DNA of 64,000 nucleotides from the NCBI GenBank assembly GCA_028534125.1, contig CM052817.1, forward strand, positions 24,244,001-24,308,000, read 5' to 3'. The DNA comes from Lama glama (taxonomy: Eukaryota). Of the stretch, positions 37,285 to 48,945 are shown one piece after another. Within the stretch, counting starts at the first letter, position 1. Each line of letters begins with the position of its first letter. The notes under the pieces are model-generated. The model saw nothing but the letters and a program-made list of their open reading frames with translations. It was not told the DNA's origin and made no database searches. The translations under genes were made by a program, and so were the position numbers.

Positions 37285-38945
37285 AGAAACAAAATTGTCA
37301 TTATTTGAAGATGTGATGATTGCCTGTTTAAAAAAAAAGACTCTAAAGACAAATTCTTACAACTAATAAGAAAGTTCAACAAGATTGCTGAATGTACAGC
37401 AATGTGCATGTTAGTAGTATTCCTACACACCAGTAATAACTAATTTAAAAATGTAATGTTTAAAAATGTATCATTAGTGATAACAAAAACTATAAAGATC
37501 TGAAAAATAAACCTAGCAAAAAATAAAATGATGAAATGAAAACATTCCATTACATAAAAGAATGCCTACATTAATGAAAAGATATACTGTATTCACAAAT
37601 GGGAAGACTCAATATTGTAAGAATTGCCTTTCTTCCTCAACATCTAACTACATATTTAATGCATCAGCCAAAGTTTCAATTCTTTTCAGAATTTTAAAAG
37701 GTAGTCCTAAAGTGCTACATAAAGTCCTAGGAAAAACCTCATCAATTTTGAAAAAGAAAGGGTATATGTTCTCTCAAATATCATGGCATAGTATCAATCT
37801 GTAATTTAATTATCATGGTATTACTATAGGAGACAGACACACCAGTGGAATAGAATTGACAGCCTGAAACTGGACCATTTACATGGGAATTGGGTAGTTG
37901 ACAGAGATGAATTATATGTTAATGGGAAAAAAATGCACAGTTCAATAAATGATGCTGAACAACTGGTCATCTACTTGGAAGATGATCAAATTGGACGCAA
38001 ACCTCACAACATATACAAAAATAAATTCCAGAAAAATGGAAGACCTAAACAGAGGAAGCAAATATGTAAACACTCCTGAAGTACACAGACAGCATATGAC
38101 TTTGGGGTAGGGAGTAAGTTATTAAACTAGGTGCAAAATGTATAAACTAAAATGAAAGATCGATAAATCTGGCTATATTAAAATTATTTTTTTCATTAAA
38201 AAGAAACCAAAGTTAAAATACAGACCACAGACTTGAAAATGGATTTTCATTGTGTAGAATAAACAAAAATTAATATTCAGAATATGTACAGCACTCCAAT
38301 ATAAATAAGAAAAACAATCTCATAGAAAAAATGGGCAAAGAGATATGAACAGTTTCCAGATGAACAAAAATTAATATTCAATAAACATCTGGAAAAAAGC
38401 TCAAATTCATTATTGAAAATATAAATTTTAAAAAATGATACCTATTGGATTGGTAACATTTTAAAGTCTGTTACATAACATGGATGTATGTATAACATTT
38501 ATGTATATATGCATACATATATACACATATACATACATGTTTAATCCTATGTGCATATATATACAAACATACACACATACTTCATCCTGTCTTCTAACAG
38601 ACTTCTCAATATATATAAAACTAGTGTACAACTTAGAAATAAAGCCAAATATGTGAAAAACCTAACCATTTTATGTATCAATTAGGAATGATAACAAATA
38701 TTTCACAGAAATAATATATACCAATTTCAAGGTACTGAATCTCCAGAAAAATTAACAGAAGACATGCAGAAAGAATGGAGGTGATTTTTTAGTTGTATCT
38801 ATAAGGTTTATTTCTGTTATTTTAAAATAAAGAGATCAGAAGTAAAACCATGAAAATGTTTATATCTATTAAGTCCAGATGGGATGCACATTAGTGCCTA
38901 TTATATTCTCAATTCTCTATTTGAAATATTTCATACATTAAATAT
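37285..38945 (+). mobile_element. Old L1ME-type ORF2 3' half plus UTR, decayed
   Basis: gggaagactcaatattgtaaag, accagtggaatagaattgacagcc, ttcaataaatgatgctg, aacctcacaacatatacaaaaataaattcc and aaaaatgggcaaag; (TA/CA)-rich tract at about 38485-38580. Confidence 0.85.
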
Positions 38946-40894
38946 ATTAACTAGAACCATGAATTACAAACCACTTTTAAGGAACTGAAGAAACATCACA
39001 TACCTTGAGTGTGGAAAGACAAAAAATGGCTAAAAAATTTATAAATTACACAAGTGCCTATGTTAGTGGATACAATTTTAAAATAAATTCACACTTTATA
39101 TTTTATAAAGTAATCCAAATATTTTAATATTATATTGTATTCTCATGGCAATAACTTTTCTATAGTAGAGTACAAACATTTCCCAAGGCATAAAAATCCC
39201 CCCATGTTATGCACCTTGCAATTAAGTTAGAAATGTGACTACGTTTGGCTGAATTCACGGCAGCCAAAAAAGTATTCTAAACCGAACTTTCGGAGACTTT
39301 TGGAGACCTCGAAAAGGTTTTGACAGTCTTTGGTAATGATGTATCTTGGGAATGAGAAAATATAGCCTCCCCAACATGTAGCTGGTTTTGACTTTACCTC
39401 CTATCTCCTTCCTTTTTAAGCCCAGCCTTACTTTTTCCAACAGGGAGGCCAATAGGCCTGCATTAATTTGCATGGCTGATGTAGACACTAATCAATGTCT
39501 GCCACACAATATATGACAGCTTATTAACACAGAAACCAGGAAATTAATTACCATAGTTTAATTCTGGAAATGGCCTTTAATTTGGTCAATACTTTCCATT
39601 AGTGATAGAATTAATTGCTTGAAAACTGATTAATGAGAAGATCCAGCAGGTAGTAATTAACATCAAAGTAAAAAAATGTTTAAGTCCTATGAAAATTATT
39701 TAGGTACACGAGAGAAAATTCTAGTCAACAGCTAGTGGAAACCACAGCTATTCTTTAAATTTAGCATTTACTGAGCTGACTCAATATTCTGGAGTCTATA
39801 ACATAATTAAAAGAAATATTCAGTGATGATGACTTAGTGCTGCAAATAATGTCATGACTACATAATTAATATCTTTTATTTCATTCTGTATAACTCAAGG
39901 TTAGATACCAATTAATTCATAATTCAACAGCAAAACTTTTAAAGAGCTTCAAATCATTAAAGTTTATTGGAAGTAAGCCATCTTTGTACATTAATTATTT
40001 TAAATCATCTTTTGCTACCAAACTTGGGGGATGATTCTTGCATTAGTCAATTTAATTGTTCAAAGAGAATTAAATTTATCGTTGACCCAGCAACTAAATA
40101 GGTCAAAATATTAATGACTATCAGAGGCTAAGCATCCTATTAACTTATTAATTAGTATTCTAACACTTGCGCTGATTTTAGGAAAACCATTAAACAAGTC
40201 TGATCATGGTTAACAATAACATCTCCGGAAATTATACATCTGAGAGGTTTTGTGGCTGCAATCCCTTTGGGAGTAGGGGCTAGAGGATTTGTCTTAAGGT
40301 CTTATTTGTGTAAGAAGCACATACAGTTTTTACAAGGATAGTATGTTTACTGAAGTGGCTTAAGGGCTGATGGAGATTACCAAGGACCTTTATCATTCCT
40401 GCCTCTTCTTACAATTCCCCCACACTTCTGTCTTTGATTCCACCACACCAGATTCATAATACTGCTTTCATTTTAGGGAATAAAAATATATTCACCTACC
40501 ACATATGCCTTATTTTTCCTTCTGAGTTGTTCAAGGATATAAAAACATATTTGTATTATTTGCTAATACTTCCATTAGGAATCAGGACAAAGAAGGCTGG
40601 AAGCAATGGTACAGACTTGAGCTGGGGATAGTTGATGACAAGAAAGTGGGAATTCAGAGGAAGTAGCAGGGGAGCCTTAGGAGAGGAAGGACTTGCCAGC
40701 CAATTTTATGACATGCTTAGAGGACTAACTGATTCTCCAGTCTGAAAATTCTCTTTTCAATGACCATTTTTAGAGAGTACACCACAGCTAAAAGGCAAGT
40801 ATTTATAGGAGCCAAAATAGAGTCACTTTTCATCATTAGAACTTTTGGATATAATTGTTTTTAATCTGGTGTTTCATTAAAATCATTAAAATAT

Positions 40895-41240
40895 GCATTA
40901 GCTATCCATTGCTGCATGAGAAATTATTTGAAGATTAGTAACTTAAATAATAAACATTAATTATCTCACCGTTTCTGTAAGTCAGGGTTCTTCGCTGGGT
41001 GGTTCTGGCTTAGGGGTCACTCATGAAATTGTGGTCAACATGTCAGCTGGGGCTGCAGTCAATGAAGACTTGACTGGAGCTGGAAGAGTCATTTCCAAGG
41101 TGGCTGACCCACATGGCTGTTAGCAGGAAGTCTCTGTTTCTGGCCCTGTAAACCTCTCCACGGGGTTTTTGTGTTTCTTCAAGACACGGCTGTTGTATTC
41201 CCTCAGAGAGAATGATCTTTGAAAGAGAAGAAAAGACCAT
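40895..41240 (-). mobile_element. MLT1F-like MaLR LTR fragment
   Basis: tatctcaccgtttctgtaagtcagg..gctgggtggttctggcttagggg...gaagacttgactggagctggaaga. Confidence 0.8.
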
Positions 41241-42154
41241 AATATAAGTGAATTGATTTAAAAAAGGTAAGAGAGGATAAGATTTAAAATAATATTCTCC
41301 AAATTTTGATCACTGGTCTGTAAATGGTATGTGAAGTATTAATGTAAATAGACATTTACCAAAGAAAAAAGAAATCTGCATTCAAATAAGTTTGAAAAAA
41401 AATTAGCTTAACCAAGAAACAAATTTAAACAACATTTTTTTAACTGAGAGATTTCATATACTTTATGAATTCCCAAAGGAGAAATATATTTTGCAGTTAA
41501 TATAAGCCACTTTAGCTGTTTAAAAATCTTCAGGGTTCTTTTAATAAAATTCAGTAATTAGAGGTAAGAGGAAGACATATTTCTTCCTTACTGTCTTAGT
41601 ATCAAGAGGAACATTACAGGAAGTATAAGTTTTGGACAAAAGTCTGCCAAACATACAGACATTTATTTGCAAACTGACTCAATGAGCTATTACAGCTTTA
41701 GAAACCATCAGATGAGATCTGTCAATAGAGAGCTTCATAAAGTACCAGGACACAGAACACAGTTCTTAATTTTGAGCTCTGCTATTAAGGGCTAGTTTAG
41801 CTTGGAAGAAACATATTCACGAATGAAAAATTATTACCAGTGTATCTCATGCTAATTGGCAAACCACCACTGAGTGTGGGTTCCTGAGCAGAGATGTTTC
41901 TTACTGGCTAATCATCTCTAGAAGTTGGACTGAAATCAATTTGCACACATATATATCACACTTTCTGTTAAAATAAATTGCCACAAAGACAACATAGAAA
42001 TAACATTTTTCAAATATTTTACCACATCCTTCTTTTTTTCTGAGAGCATTTGGGGGATTAATATTTTTAGAAAAGACATGGAAAAATCCCTACAAGGGAA
42101 ACAATCAGGTCCAGGTTACCTAGAAGGAATTGGCTCCTAAAGAGAAAGCAATAA

Positions 42155-42400
42155 TTCCCTGTGCTATACAGTATAAACTTGTTTATCTATTATATACAAA
42201 TTAGTATCTGCAAATATCAAACTCCCAATTTATCTTGTAGTAACTTATGGTGAAAAAGAATAGGAAAACGAATATATGTATGTATGAAGCATTCATTATG
42301 CTGTACACCAGAAATTGACACAACACTGTAAACTCACTTTACTTCAATAAAAATATATATACTAGGGGTAAAAAAAGGATGCATTTAACATTAAAAAAAG
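42155..42400 (+). mobile_element. Short young L1 3' end with 5' inversion and a 14-bp TSD
   Basis: Antisense L1 UTR at 42155-42234, sense UTR from about 42231, AATAAA at 42346; TSD agagaa(a/g)gcaataa at 42141-42154 and 42401-42414. Confidence 0.9.
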
Positions 42401-42834
42401 AGAGAAGGCAATAAAATTATAATGGGAAATTTATAATGATAGATGCTGGTAAGAGACCATACCAGGATCTCATTCTCTCAATGAAAGAGCTATGAGTCAA
42501 ATGATTTCCAGTATAAAGAAGGTGTTACTCATCAGGACACATCACTGAAGGAAGGCTAATTAAAAGTCTTAAGGCCCGTTGCCTCAGGAGGGGCACAACA
42601 ATATCTTGAGATACACGGGAAAAACATTAATTAAATCAGTGGACTTCTTAATTGTAAAAAACAAGCAATAAACAATCTAGTAATTTTACTGCCATTCTGA
42701 TCCTAGATTCAAAATTATCAAATATACAGGGCCAAGTTTATATTTATACAATAAAATGTGTTTATGAAAAGACATGACAGTAAATTCACTCCCCAAAGAG
42801 TGCCATCCACAATTGGAAATGTAATGGAAGTGCA

Positions 42835-43062
42835 GTATGTTTAGTGTTTCCTGTAAGCTGGGTGTTTTACGTGAATAATCTACTACTTCATACGCGTAAC
42901 CTTACAAACCCTCACAACAACCATGTGAGGATGAAACTATTACTATTTCCGTTTTACAGATGAAGATGGAATGTGGGTAATTTTTTTAAGGACAAAATGC
43001 TTGGACTCTAAACCAAGTCTGTCTTACTCTACAGCTCATGCTGAACGTTTCTCTACACTGCC
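42835..43062 (-). mobile_element. MIR SINE
   Basis: ctcacaacaaccatgtgagg...tattactatttccgttttacagatgaaga. Confidence 0.8.
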
Positions 43063-43899
43063 CTTGGGAGACGAACATTGGTCCAGAGAGACCAACTTCT
43101 GGCAGTAAACCAAAAGGCAAAAATGCACAATATTGTTTAGGAGAACTTACTAAAATCAATATCTTTTAGCAGTAAAACATAAAGAACACAGGATCTCACA
43201 TGCCAGAATCAAGAAGAATTAGAATCGCATTTCACAAGAAATGTGAAATTATCCCAGGGACCAACTATCTCTATTCTCTGTTTCACATAGCCCCTCACCA
43301 TTATGAATCATTTCGTAATATGGATTTTTGGAATATAAAAAACATTCTTAGTTGATTCTCAAGCTTTTTGTGTTTTAAACCCTTAATGTCAATCCTTTAT
43401 TACGAAAAAGAAAAAAGTCTTTTTCTTAGAGTTAATTTCATCCAACAATTCTAAGACCACATTGCTTTCTTTAAAAGAGAAAAAAAGTTTATAAAAACAG
43501 AAAATAACTTCAAATTAGTAAATCACCAAAAAATATTCGTCCACTATTAGTGTGAATTTCAATTCAATAAGCTTTTATCTTGTACATTCTATGTGTCTAA
43601 TATTACTATACTAAGTGCTGTGGGAACATAGAAAGCATGTAATTCTTTATCAATGCCTTCAAAGAAACTGTATTTTCATGAGAGAAGCAAGACATCTAAA
43701 TGTTGAACTGTTGAATCATTATTCTGGGCATCATATCAGTAAGTGCCCAAATAACAAGTATAGACTAGAATTCCCCTGACTGCATTTCAGGAGATACTTA
43801 AAAGGGGTTCATTTTTGTTGTTGTTAATTATCTGGTACTAAAAAAATTTAAAAACCACACAATATCTCCTTCTTGAATATTATCTTTGCAAATTATTTC

Positions 43900-44150
43900 A
43901 TCATCATCAATATTATCAAACATTTACTGTACCTAGGCAATAAAAACACTAAGTGCATTAGATAAATTATTTCATTTAATTCTTCAAATAATACCATGAA
44001 ATAGATACTGTTATTAGCTTCATTTTATAGTTGAGAAAGATGAGATTTGGAAAGCTAGCATTCTGATTGCAGATTATACTTAATGTTATATGTGGAGCTA
44101 AGCTGCTAGACCCAAAAATATGGGTTCTAACCTGAAAAAGGACCATGTCT
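43900..44150 (-). mobile_element. MIR SINE
   Basis: ttcatttaattcttcaaataataccatgaaatagatactgttattagcttcattttatagttgagaaa. Confidence 0.8.
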
Positions 44151-44383
44151 CTGAGGTCCCTGAATATTTTATGTAAAAATAGGCCCATTTTTCACTTTTT
44201 ATACCATCAACCTGTTTTCCTTCTATGAAATTTGCATTTCAAAATTTGCATTTTTTTACTCCCTTATTTTCTGTCTACTCTAAAGAGCTGCATCAACCTT
44301 TCTCACCAATATATGTGATGCTAACCTAATTCCTATCACATCATTGGTATGCAATTAATATTTACTGGAAGGAAGGAAAAAAC

Positions 44384-44914
44384 AATCAAAGGAAAAATTG
44401 CACTAGACAAAGTTAAACAGGCAAGGAAGCCCCTTAATTCAAGGCTATTGTGATAGGAAAGAAAGCCCAGAATTCAGTGTGACCTCAACTTCACTGATAC
44501 AAAACAAAGAACCAGATAGGTTTAAGAGCTGGGATCGGGGAATCATAGGCCATCTGTGTTTCCTAATTGGCATTAGTTAAGGGAAAAGGAAACTTCCTCT
44601 CATCTTCATGACAGGAGGTAGTTTTGCAACTTGGAGTAAGCTGCCCACCGAAATATCTCTCACAGAGACTAGGAAGTAGGGGGATGGCTTTCCTTAATGA
44701 ATGCATTTCAAAGGAATGGTTCCCACGTCCTTGAGAAAGACATTCCCAGGTTATAAAAGTGGAAAGAGGCTTTGAAAAAAATTCCATCTAAAGAGACAGA
44801 GAACTAATTTATAATTTTACAAGTTTTCTAAAGTAAAGGCACTAAGAAAAGGTCAGGAAGAAATTTGTCTGAATTTTAGTCAAGATGAGGGGCGTCTTAA
44901 GGCCTTCTTGATCA
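44384..44914 (-). mobile_element. MER31/MER67-like ERV1 solo LTR
   Basis: gacaaagttaaacaggcaaggaag, catgacaggaggtagttttgcaacttggag, ccttgagaaagacattcc and ttaaggccttcttgatca. Confidence 0.75.
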
Positions 44915-44957
44915 GAAAGAAGGAAGAAAGGAGCAAAGGAGGGAAGAAAGACAATTT

Positions 44958-45392
44958 GGCAATCATGAAATTGTGCTGCTCAGCTCCTTTCAAAAGAACC
45001 TGCTGCAAAGGAGGTGGTTGGCTGACACCCTCCAACTGCTGTGCCTTTGGGTCTGTTTGCGATGTTCACACAGAGGCCGAGCTCTCCTGGCTGTTTCCAG
45101 CCAATGACTGAGCATGGCCAGCATATGCAAGCTGCGCTATCCTACTCAATATGGAACTCCTCTAAGGGGGAGATTTGGCTCTAGGGTCTCCATAAGCCTG
45201 GCCAAGACGTTTCCGGAGTTGCTGCAGTCTAAGGCCCTCCTATTGACTCTTCTTTCCTTCTCCCCTGCTGCAGCTAAGGCTGAAGGTTTTCCTGCCTAAT
45301 TCTGCTCCTTCTCCACTTCATTCTTCACAGATGTTTTCCTAATAAATTTCTTGCACATCTAATTTTGTCTTCTCAAAAGATCCAAACTGACA
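44958..45392 (+). mobile_element. LTR16-like ERVL solo LTR
   Basis: tgtgctgctcagctcc, ccagccaatgactgagcatgg, gcagtctaaggc, cctaataaatttcttgcacatctaa and ccaaactgacac. Confidence 0.8.
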
Positions 45393-46214
45393 CCAAGGGA
45401 AACAAATAGAGGCAAGAGGGAGGGGAAGGGAAAGAAAGGGGGAAGAAAACAACAGAAGGCAAAAGGAAAAAAAGGAGCAGAGAGGGAGAAAAAAAAAAGA
45501 GGAAATATGCATGAGAGAAAAAGACAGACAGAAAGCAAGTGAGACCACATAAACTGCACACACTCACCAACCTTGGTTGCAGCCCTAGAGCTTGAAGGTT
45601 GAATTTTTGCTTTGTCCCTGTCATTACTAGCAGAGATGTTTTAAAGAAAGCATACACCATGCGTAGAAGGACTTTTGCTTTCTGAGTAATGGTCCTCCAA
45701 ATGTCTCTTTATGGCACTCATGGGGATAATAAAAGTTTGACACAGTAGGTAACTCACCTGTACTAAAATAAATGGCTACCCTGATGACCCCTCCAGGATG
45801 GCCCAAAGTAATGCTACAAAAAAAAAAAAGGACTGGTAAAGTATTTGTGCTTCAAAATCCTGGTTGGAAATATAAACTCCCTTCAGGGGAACCCCTCATC
45901 TGCACACAGGTATGAATTGGCCCTACTTGGCCTAAATAAACCAGTGTATCGTAAGTGTGCATTGGCCAAAGGATGGTTAATACAAGGCCATGGACAGGAA
46001 CTAGCATTACAGGCCAGGGAGCCTATGCAAGGCCTGTTAAGTTTCTTTCCCAGTTTTTTCTGCAGTGGGGAACACAAAGAACATCAGGCACACACATCCT
46101 TCCTGGGGAGATGTGGCCACACAATCACTAGTGAGCAAATCATTGGATGCAAAGATAAATCTCTCTCCAAAGTACGAAGAATGGTTTTCAGGACAAATTC
46201 AGTCAAAATCAATA

Positions 46215-46714
46215 NNNNNNNNNNNNNNNNNNNNNNNNNNNNNNNNNNNNNNNNNNNNNNNNNNNNNNNNNNNNNNNNNNNNNNNNNNNNNNNNNNNNNN
46301 NNNNNNNNNNNNNNNNNNNNNNNNNNNNNNNNNNNNNNNNNNNNNNNNNNNNNNNNNNNNNNNNNNNNNNNNNNNNNNNNNNNNNNNNNNNNNNNNNNNN
46401 NNNNNNNNNNNNNNNNNNNNNNNNNNNNNNNNNNNNNNNNNNNNNNNNNNNNNNNNNNNNNNNNNNNNNNNNNNNNNNNNNNNNNNNNNNNNNNNNNNNN
46501 NNNNNNNNNNNNNNNNNNNNNNNNNNNNNNNNNNNNNNNNNNNNNNNNNNNNNNNNNNNNNNNNNNNNNNNNNNNNNNNNNNNNNNNNNNNNNNNNNNNN
46601 NNNNNNNNNNNNNNNNNNNNNNNNNNNNNNNNNNNNNNNNNNNNNNNNNNNNNNNNNNNNNNNNNNNNNNNNNNNNNNNNNNNNNNNNNNNNNNNNNNNN
46701 NNNNNNNNNNNNNN
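46215..46714. other. Assembly gap (500 N)
   Basis: Run of N. Confidence 1.
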
Positions 46715-47000
46715 ATTTGGTGGTCTCTCCTTTGCGAGCAAAGTAAGTCCCTGAAAGAACGTAGGCACAGTTGTCAGATCCAAGTAGGCACAAGTTGGCA
46801 AATACTGGAGATCCACTATTCTGCATTAATCTTCTCTATCCTTCCACTCTCCTTATTTTTTCTCACTTTACTATGGAAATAGATCTGAAGCGTGAGAGAA
46901 AGCATTTGGTATCACTACTTTAGAGTTTCATGGTTCTGCCTTCGTATATAAAGCAGTGTCATTCATTTTGATCATAGTTTCTTCAAAAACAATAGGTGGG

Positions 47001-47029
47001 TTTCTTTTTCTTTTCCTTTTCTTTCTTTC

Positions 47030-47057
<28 letters not shown>
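47001..47057. repeat. (TTTC)n and poly-T tract
   Basis: Read directly from the sequence. Confidence 0.9.
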
Positions 47058-47060
<3 letters not shown>

Positions 47061-47569
47061 TAAGGGAACTTTTGATGAATTTTTTCAGCATAAACATTGC
47101 CCATTCTAAAGGAAGCCTTCAAGCCTAGCGTCAGAGCACTGCTAGCAGCTTTCAAATTGCATTTCCCAGATTCAGAAATACTACTTTAACTGGTATCCCT
47201 GATACAAAGGGAACGTCAGAATCACACAGTGAGAAGCCAGGATCTGGTGCCATCAACAACATAAACTCAGATGGTACGATAAGAAAACCAAGGCATAGCT
47301 TGATAAAAAGTAGCAACATCCATCACTGGGCAGTTGGCAGAGCCCTAAACGCTCTTTGTAGGCTGAGAACATAAAACTACAAAGTAGCACAAGCTGAAAC
47401 CAAGGTAGCTGAAACACAATACTGTGCAAGAAAAGAGAAAATGTTCGGGAAAGAACAATAAAAAATCTGGGAATAAAACAATGAAATGGGAGAACAGGAG
47501 ATGAAAAATGAAATTTGTAATGTAATACAAGCATTTGAAATATAAAAGTAAGAATCAAGATTTTTTGAT

Positions 47570-47700
47570 GCAATCTACAAGTATTAAGAGCTTACCATAT
47601 TCTAGGCATATTTTAGGCACTTGGGACACATCCACAAGTAAAAAGACAATGAATGAACTCTGCCGTCAAGTAGATTACATTGTGTAGGCGGATTAGGGAG
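47570..47700 (-). mobile_element. L2 3' terminus
   Basis: aagtattaagagcttaccatattctaggcatattttaggcacttgggacac. Confidence 0.7.
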
Positions 47701-48744
47701 GCAAACAAAGAGGAGAGATGGCCGAAGCCAAGGTAAAGGGCTTGAAATCTGTATTCATGATAAGAATAAGGTCTACACATACAGAAGGGGTTTTAGGAAA
47801 CTTCCAAAACATCAAAGACTGAAGGGTCTATGCTTCACATCTTGTGAGTTTACCAGCTTTAAAACACAGCACAAGTCTAACATAATGAAATATTGAATTC
47901 ATCTTTAAAGAGTCTAATTATTTTTTAAATATTTATCCACATCACGGCCCTTTGAAGTAGGATACATGAAGTGATACTTAACAGATGTTTTATTAATAAC
48001 CACTGTAGTTTGGCAAAAGTTATCATGTTGTCATTGTTTCGAGATAGAAGTCCTGTCATTCTCCTCAAATCCTTTTGTCATCACAGAGTTCTGAGATTAA
48101 TCTTCCTCTAGGTGTCTATGCATCACTAGCATTAGACACCCAGACTGGATACCTTGACTATTGATTTAAGATTTATTGCCTCATGTGAAATGCATGCATG
48201 TGCACACATGCACAAACACACAACAATCCACTTTAGAAAATTATTTCTTAGCCAGGATTATTTCTGCATGGGTCTGCTGTATCTACCATTTTCAGTTATA
48301 TTTCTCTTATTCCACTTGTAGAGTCATGTCCAAGTGTCTCCTGGCAGATCATGGATAGTCTTATCATTCAGAGCAGGAAGATAACAAAGCAGTAATACTT
48401 CTGATGTTGTGTCAGCTTAGAAGGTAATTCAGTTTGCTTGCTTGGTTTGCAGTAATTGTTTGAAGAAGTGAAGCTCTGCCACTAATCATTTTGGCAGCTA
48501 CCATTAACTTGGGCTGTGAAATGGACATTACATAGACTCATATGTCAGTCATTATAATGCCAGTCAAGGGAAATTTTAAGAGGGGAAATCTGGGGAAAAA
48601 CATATCCCATATGTATTCTCTGCCCACTATACTTTTATCAGTGCTGGTTTCCAGTTCTTTTATAAATCTGTTTTCTTTTATCCTTTATCTCCATCTCATG
48701 GTCCTATTTTCTTTTAAATTAGACAAATCTGTGTCCTAATGCCA

Positions 48745-48945
48745 ATGGTTATTTTGGTGGTTATCCTGAGCCAGTGGCCTTACCTCTCTCAGCCTCAATT
48801 CTCTCATCTGTAAAATGGGCATCATGATACTGCCTACCTACCACAGTTTTGTTTTGCTTTATTTTTTATAAGAATTAACTGATGGAATGCAAATAAAGGA
48901 CTTATTCACAGTGCATTCAATCCACCATTCAATAATTATTTATTT
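48745..48945 (+). mobile_element. MIR SINE
   Basis: cctctctcagcctcaattctctcatctgtaaaatgggcatcatgatactgcctacc. Confidence 0.85.

Noticed and set aside
45395..45545. Purine-rich tract giving Phe/Leu-rich minus-strand ORFs
   Set aside because: Low-complexity sequence, not a membrane protein.
47129..47373. ATG-less open frame of about 80 codons (…GSGAINNINSDGTIRKPRHSL…) after a possible tttcccag acceptor
   Set aside because: Weak pyrimidine tract, no recognisable protein and no partner exons; the length is compatible with chance.
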